This document shows positions 61,624 to 64,000 of a DNA stretch of 64,000 bases, piece after piece. A model generated the notes under the pieces. It searched no databases and was not told where the DNA came from. It saw only the letters and a list, made by a program, of their open reading frames with translations. Positions within the stretch are counted from its first letter, which is position 1; each line of letters opens with the position of its first letter. The stretch is from assembly GCA_944327195.1 (NCBI GenBank), contig CALVGV010000002.1:14337-78336 (forward strand). The letters are read 5' to 3'. This stretch comes from an uncultured Limosilactobacillus sp. (lineage in GTDB: Bacteria; Bacillota; Bacilli; Lactobacillales; Lactobacillaceae). The position numbers and the translations under genes were made by a program.

Positions 61624-62019
61624 ATGCAAAACCCATTTGGCAACCGAAACAACCAGCAGGACTTCTTGAAGAATCTCCCGGTTCCGCCGAATTACGCCAA
61701 GGTCACCGATGACGCCGGCGACATCCGGATCGCCAAGGTGGGCATTTCCTGGACCACCCTCTGGTTTGGCCCCCTGCCGGCGGTCTTTCGCGGGGACTGG
61801 TACAACTTCGCCCTGATCCTGGTTTGGGAGGCGATCTACGTCCTCTTCGCCCTCCTGACCCACCTCGAGCTCTACTTGCTTTCCTTCCCCTGGCCGGCAA
61901 TCTTCTTTGCCTTCTTCTACAACATGATGTACTTCCGCCACCTCTTCACCAAGGGCTACCGCCCGGCAGACCAGCGTTCCCGGGAGTTGCTAATTAAGAG
62001 TAAGTACCTGAAACAATAA
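61624..62019 (+). CDS. DUF2628-like small membrane protein
   Basis: 131 aa. WTTLWFGPLPAVFRGDWYNFALIL resembles the DUF2628 pattern. ATG 61624 follows GAGGAGG. Confidence 0.55.
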   Translation: MQNPFGNRNNQQDFLKNLPVPPNYAKVTDDAGDIRIAKVGISWTTLWFGPLPAVFRGDWYNFALILVWEAIYVLFALLTHLELYLLSFPWPAIFFAFFYNMMYFRHLFTKGYRPADQRSRELLIKSKYLKQ

Positions 62020-62097
62020 TTTAATAATATTATTTGAAATTTTTTAGAGTATTTTTGGCCTCTTTACCGTATATATAAGGTAGGAGGTTTTTTTAGT

Positions 62098-62841
62098 ATG
62101 AACAAAAATGACGTGACCACCCCGCAATTCGATTTCCGCAAGGCCCGCTGGGCGGCGGCTGACCAGTGGCGAGCGCTGACGATTGCCGACAGCGCCCTCT
62201 TCGTCACCCTGATGCGGGATCCCTTCCTGGCCTACGAGTTGGCCCGCCGTGCCCTGAGCGCCCTCAAGCTCCCCTGCTACAGGACGGGGGTGACGGTCAA
62301 GTATACCAAGGAGGGCAACCTACTGATTGACACCGACAAGGGGCCGATCGAGGTGATCATGCGGATGCTGGGGAGCCACCAGCTTCCCTGCCACCTCTGG
62401 CGCTTCCAGGATCGCCTCGGCCACAACGTCCGCTGGAAACGCCACCCCGACCAGCCGCTGGAGGTCCGGCCAACCTACGTGATCTTCTTTTGCACCTTCG
62501 ATTACTTCGGCAAGGGGGCGGCCCGCTACGAGTTTGAGTACCGCAACATCTACTGCCTGACCCAGGGGCTGGGCGACCAGCGGCGGCTGATCATCTTCAA
62601 CGCCACTGCCAAGAAGTTCCGCCGCACCCAGGACTTGCGCTACTTCCTCGAGTACCTGTACGGGGACGAACCGCGGATGCAAGACTTCTTCATCCACCGC
62701 TTGCACAACGCCGTCCGCAAGCTGAAGAACAACAAGGAGCTCCGGGCCGCCTACATGAAGGCCGAGGTTACCCGCCGCTACCGTGAGTGGCAGGCGGCCC
62801 AGCCGGTGCCCGAAGAAATCGAAGGCCCCGAGAAGGCCTAG
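62098..62841 (+). CDS. Rpn/YhgA-like PD-(D/E)XK nuclease family protein (putative transposase-like), apparently degenerate
   Basis: 247 aa. The VIFFCTFDYFGKG..YEF.....L.L.D....IFN...... and LRYFLEYL patterns are typical of the family. The usual IEMQ catalytic block reads IEVIMR. An AT-rich promoter region lies upstream. Confidence 0.55.
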   Translation: MNKNDVTTPQFDFRKARWAAADQWRALTIADSALFVTLMRDPFLAYELARRALSALKLPCYRTGVTVKYTKEGNLLIDTDKGPIEVIMRMLGSHQLPCHLWRFQDRLGHNVRWKRHPDQPLEVRPTYVIFFCTFDYFGKGAARYEFEYRNIYCLTQGLGDQRRLIIFNATAKKFRRTQDLRYFLEYLYGDEPRMQDFFIHRLHNAVRKLKNNKELRAAYMKAEVTRRYREWQAAQPVPEEIEGPEKA

Positions 62842-62860
62842 CGAAAAGGAGGAAGACCAG

Positions 62861-63091
62861 ATGGAAAAACCGATCGCCGACTACCTACGATTCCACTACC
62901 CGGTCAAGGTCCGCGAAACCACCGGGGCGAACGGCACCCACTACTACCGGACAAGTGCGCCCACCCTTCCCGGAATCACCACGACGGGCGATTCCCAGGA
63001 AATCGCCATGCTGACCCTGCGGGGGACCAAGCCGGCCTGGTGGGACTACTGCCTCATCCACGGCACCGTGACGCCGGCGCAGAAACGCTAA
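62861..63091 (+). CDS. HicB-like (UPF0150) small protein
   Basis: 76 aa with the HicB N-domain pattern YPVKV...G.YY...P.LPG..T.GDS.E.A. ATG 62861 lies 8 nt after AAGGAGG. Confidence 0.55.
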   Translation: MEKPIADYLRFHYPVKVRETTGANGTHYYRTSAPTLPGITTTGDSQEIAMLTLRGTKPAWWDYCLIHGTVTPAQKR

Positions 63092-63247
63092 TCCCAGGTC
63101 ACTAGCACCACGGCCCCAAAAGGACGGGCCGCTTTGGCGTTCTCTTCAATTTATCGCTCGATAGTGAAATGATTGATGATCGTCAATTTTCTGTCCTTGG
63201 AAGCGTGGTAAAATGAAAGCACTCTATCAAGAAGGCGGGAAGAAGCA

Positions 63248-64000
63248 ATGCAGGTCTTAGGGATTTTTGCGGGCAACAAGGACGACGGGATTACCGCCCA
63301 GATGCTGGACGCCGTGCTGGCCGGGGTGACGGCGCCGAACACGACGGTCAGGGTGAACCTGAACGACTACGACCTGGCGATGGCCGCCCCGCGCCACCCC
63401 AACCGCGACCTCGGCAAGCTCGACGAGTTGCTGATCGAAAGCGACGTCTGGGTGATCGCCACCCCGACCTACTGGGGCCACGAATCCGGTAGCCTCAAGC
63501 GCTTCTTCGACGCCCTGCGTTACCGGCTGGTCCGGATCGACCACCAGGGTGGGATGCACCCGGGGCGCTTCAAGAATAAGCACTACCTGACCCTGACCAA
63601 CTGCTACCAGGCGACCTGGGTGAACCTGACGACCCCGGTCACCGATGCCACCTTCCAGACCGTTGATCGGGTGCTCGGCACCGCCGGCCTGATCAAGCTC
63701 GGCGAGGCGGTCCAAACCAATACCTGGCAAATCAAGCACCTGCCGGAAAAGAAGCGTCGCCAGCTGACCAAGCTGGCCGCCAAGATCAACCGGAGCCAAC
63801 GAAAGGACGATCAAACGATGAAACGTTACCTGGAACTCTTTGCCGTCGTGGCCCTGATGACCCTCGCAACGATGGGCATTCAAGCCGGCCTGGCCAAGCT
63901 GTGGCCGGTTGGCGGCTTTTGGTGGACCTACTGCTCCTTCGTGGTAATCTTTTTTGCCCTCTTGGCAACGATCCTGCACTGGTTGACGGTGCGGTTGCAC
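63248..64000 (+). CDS. Flavodoxin-like fold NAD(P)H-dependent oxidoreductase with a C-terminal TM extension (3' end outside the window)
   Basis: Own translation: MQVLGIFAGNKDDGITAQMLDAVLAGV...VWVIATPTYWGHESGSLKRFFD...then TM segments LELFAVVALMTLATMGI and WWTYCSFVVIFFALLATIL. The frame is open to the window edge and is absent from the track. The antisense track ORF 63257-64000 is rejected. Confidence 0.7.
   Translation, partial: MQVLGIFAGNKDDGITAQMLDAVLAGVTAPNTTVRVNLNDYDLAMAAPRHPNRDLGKLDELLIESDVWVIATPTYWGHESGSLKRFFDALRYRLVRIDHQGGMHPGRFKNKHYLTLTNCYQATWVNLTTPVTDATFQTVDRVLGTAGLIKLGEAVQTNTWQIKHLPEKKRRQLTKLAAKINRSQRKDDQTMKRYLELFAVVALMTLATMGIQAGLAKLWPVGGFWWTYCSFVVIFFALLATILHWLTVRLH

Overview
The window looks like chromosomal DNA from a heterofermentative lactobacillus, probably Limosilactobacillus fermentum-like. 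That inference rests on phosphoketolase, PepX, a mannose PTS, GC-rich third codon positions and Lactobacillales-type T-box and TPP leaders. I call 65 CDS, two of them partial at the window edges and absent from the ORF track. Content is mostly housekeeping and transport: hflX, pepX plus a proline iminopeptidase, an LtaS-family enzyme, xpk, msrA, htpX, manXYZ, metNIQ, ykoEDC, azlCD, a two-component system, and four TetR, one MarR, one Fur and one XRE regulators. There are no rRNA or tRNA genes, CRISPR arrays, IS elements or prophage. Cis-regulatory RNAs I can read directly are a TPP riboswitch before ykoEDC and two T-box leaders, one before metQNI and one before an NhaC-family transporter. The items most worth a second look are:
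- A family of about 150-nt palindromic structured repeats, five copies, with compensatory changes between copies.
- An orphan cluster of eight DnaA-box-like 9-mers.
- An exact 14-bp palindrome, ATTTCCCGGGAAAT, recurring in intergenic DNA.
- A candidate sRNA of about 175 nt with its own extended -10 promoter and intrinsic terminator.
- Two paralogous lipocalin-like/TetR modules sharing a bipartite operator-like motif.
- A Panacea (DUF4065) antitoxin-like gene overlapping an uncharacterised 143-aa candidate toxin.
- A degenerate Rpn-like nuclease gene followed by a HicB-like gene.
- A NUDIX-thioesterase fusion.
All functional calls come from reading the translated sequences and motifs by eye. 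No database search was run.
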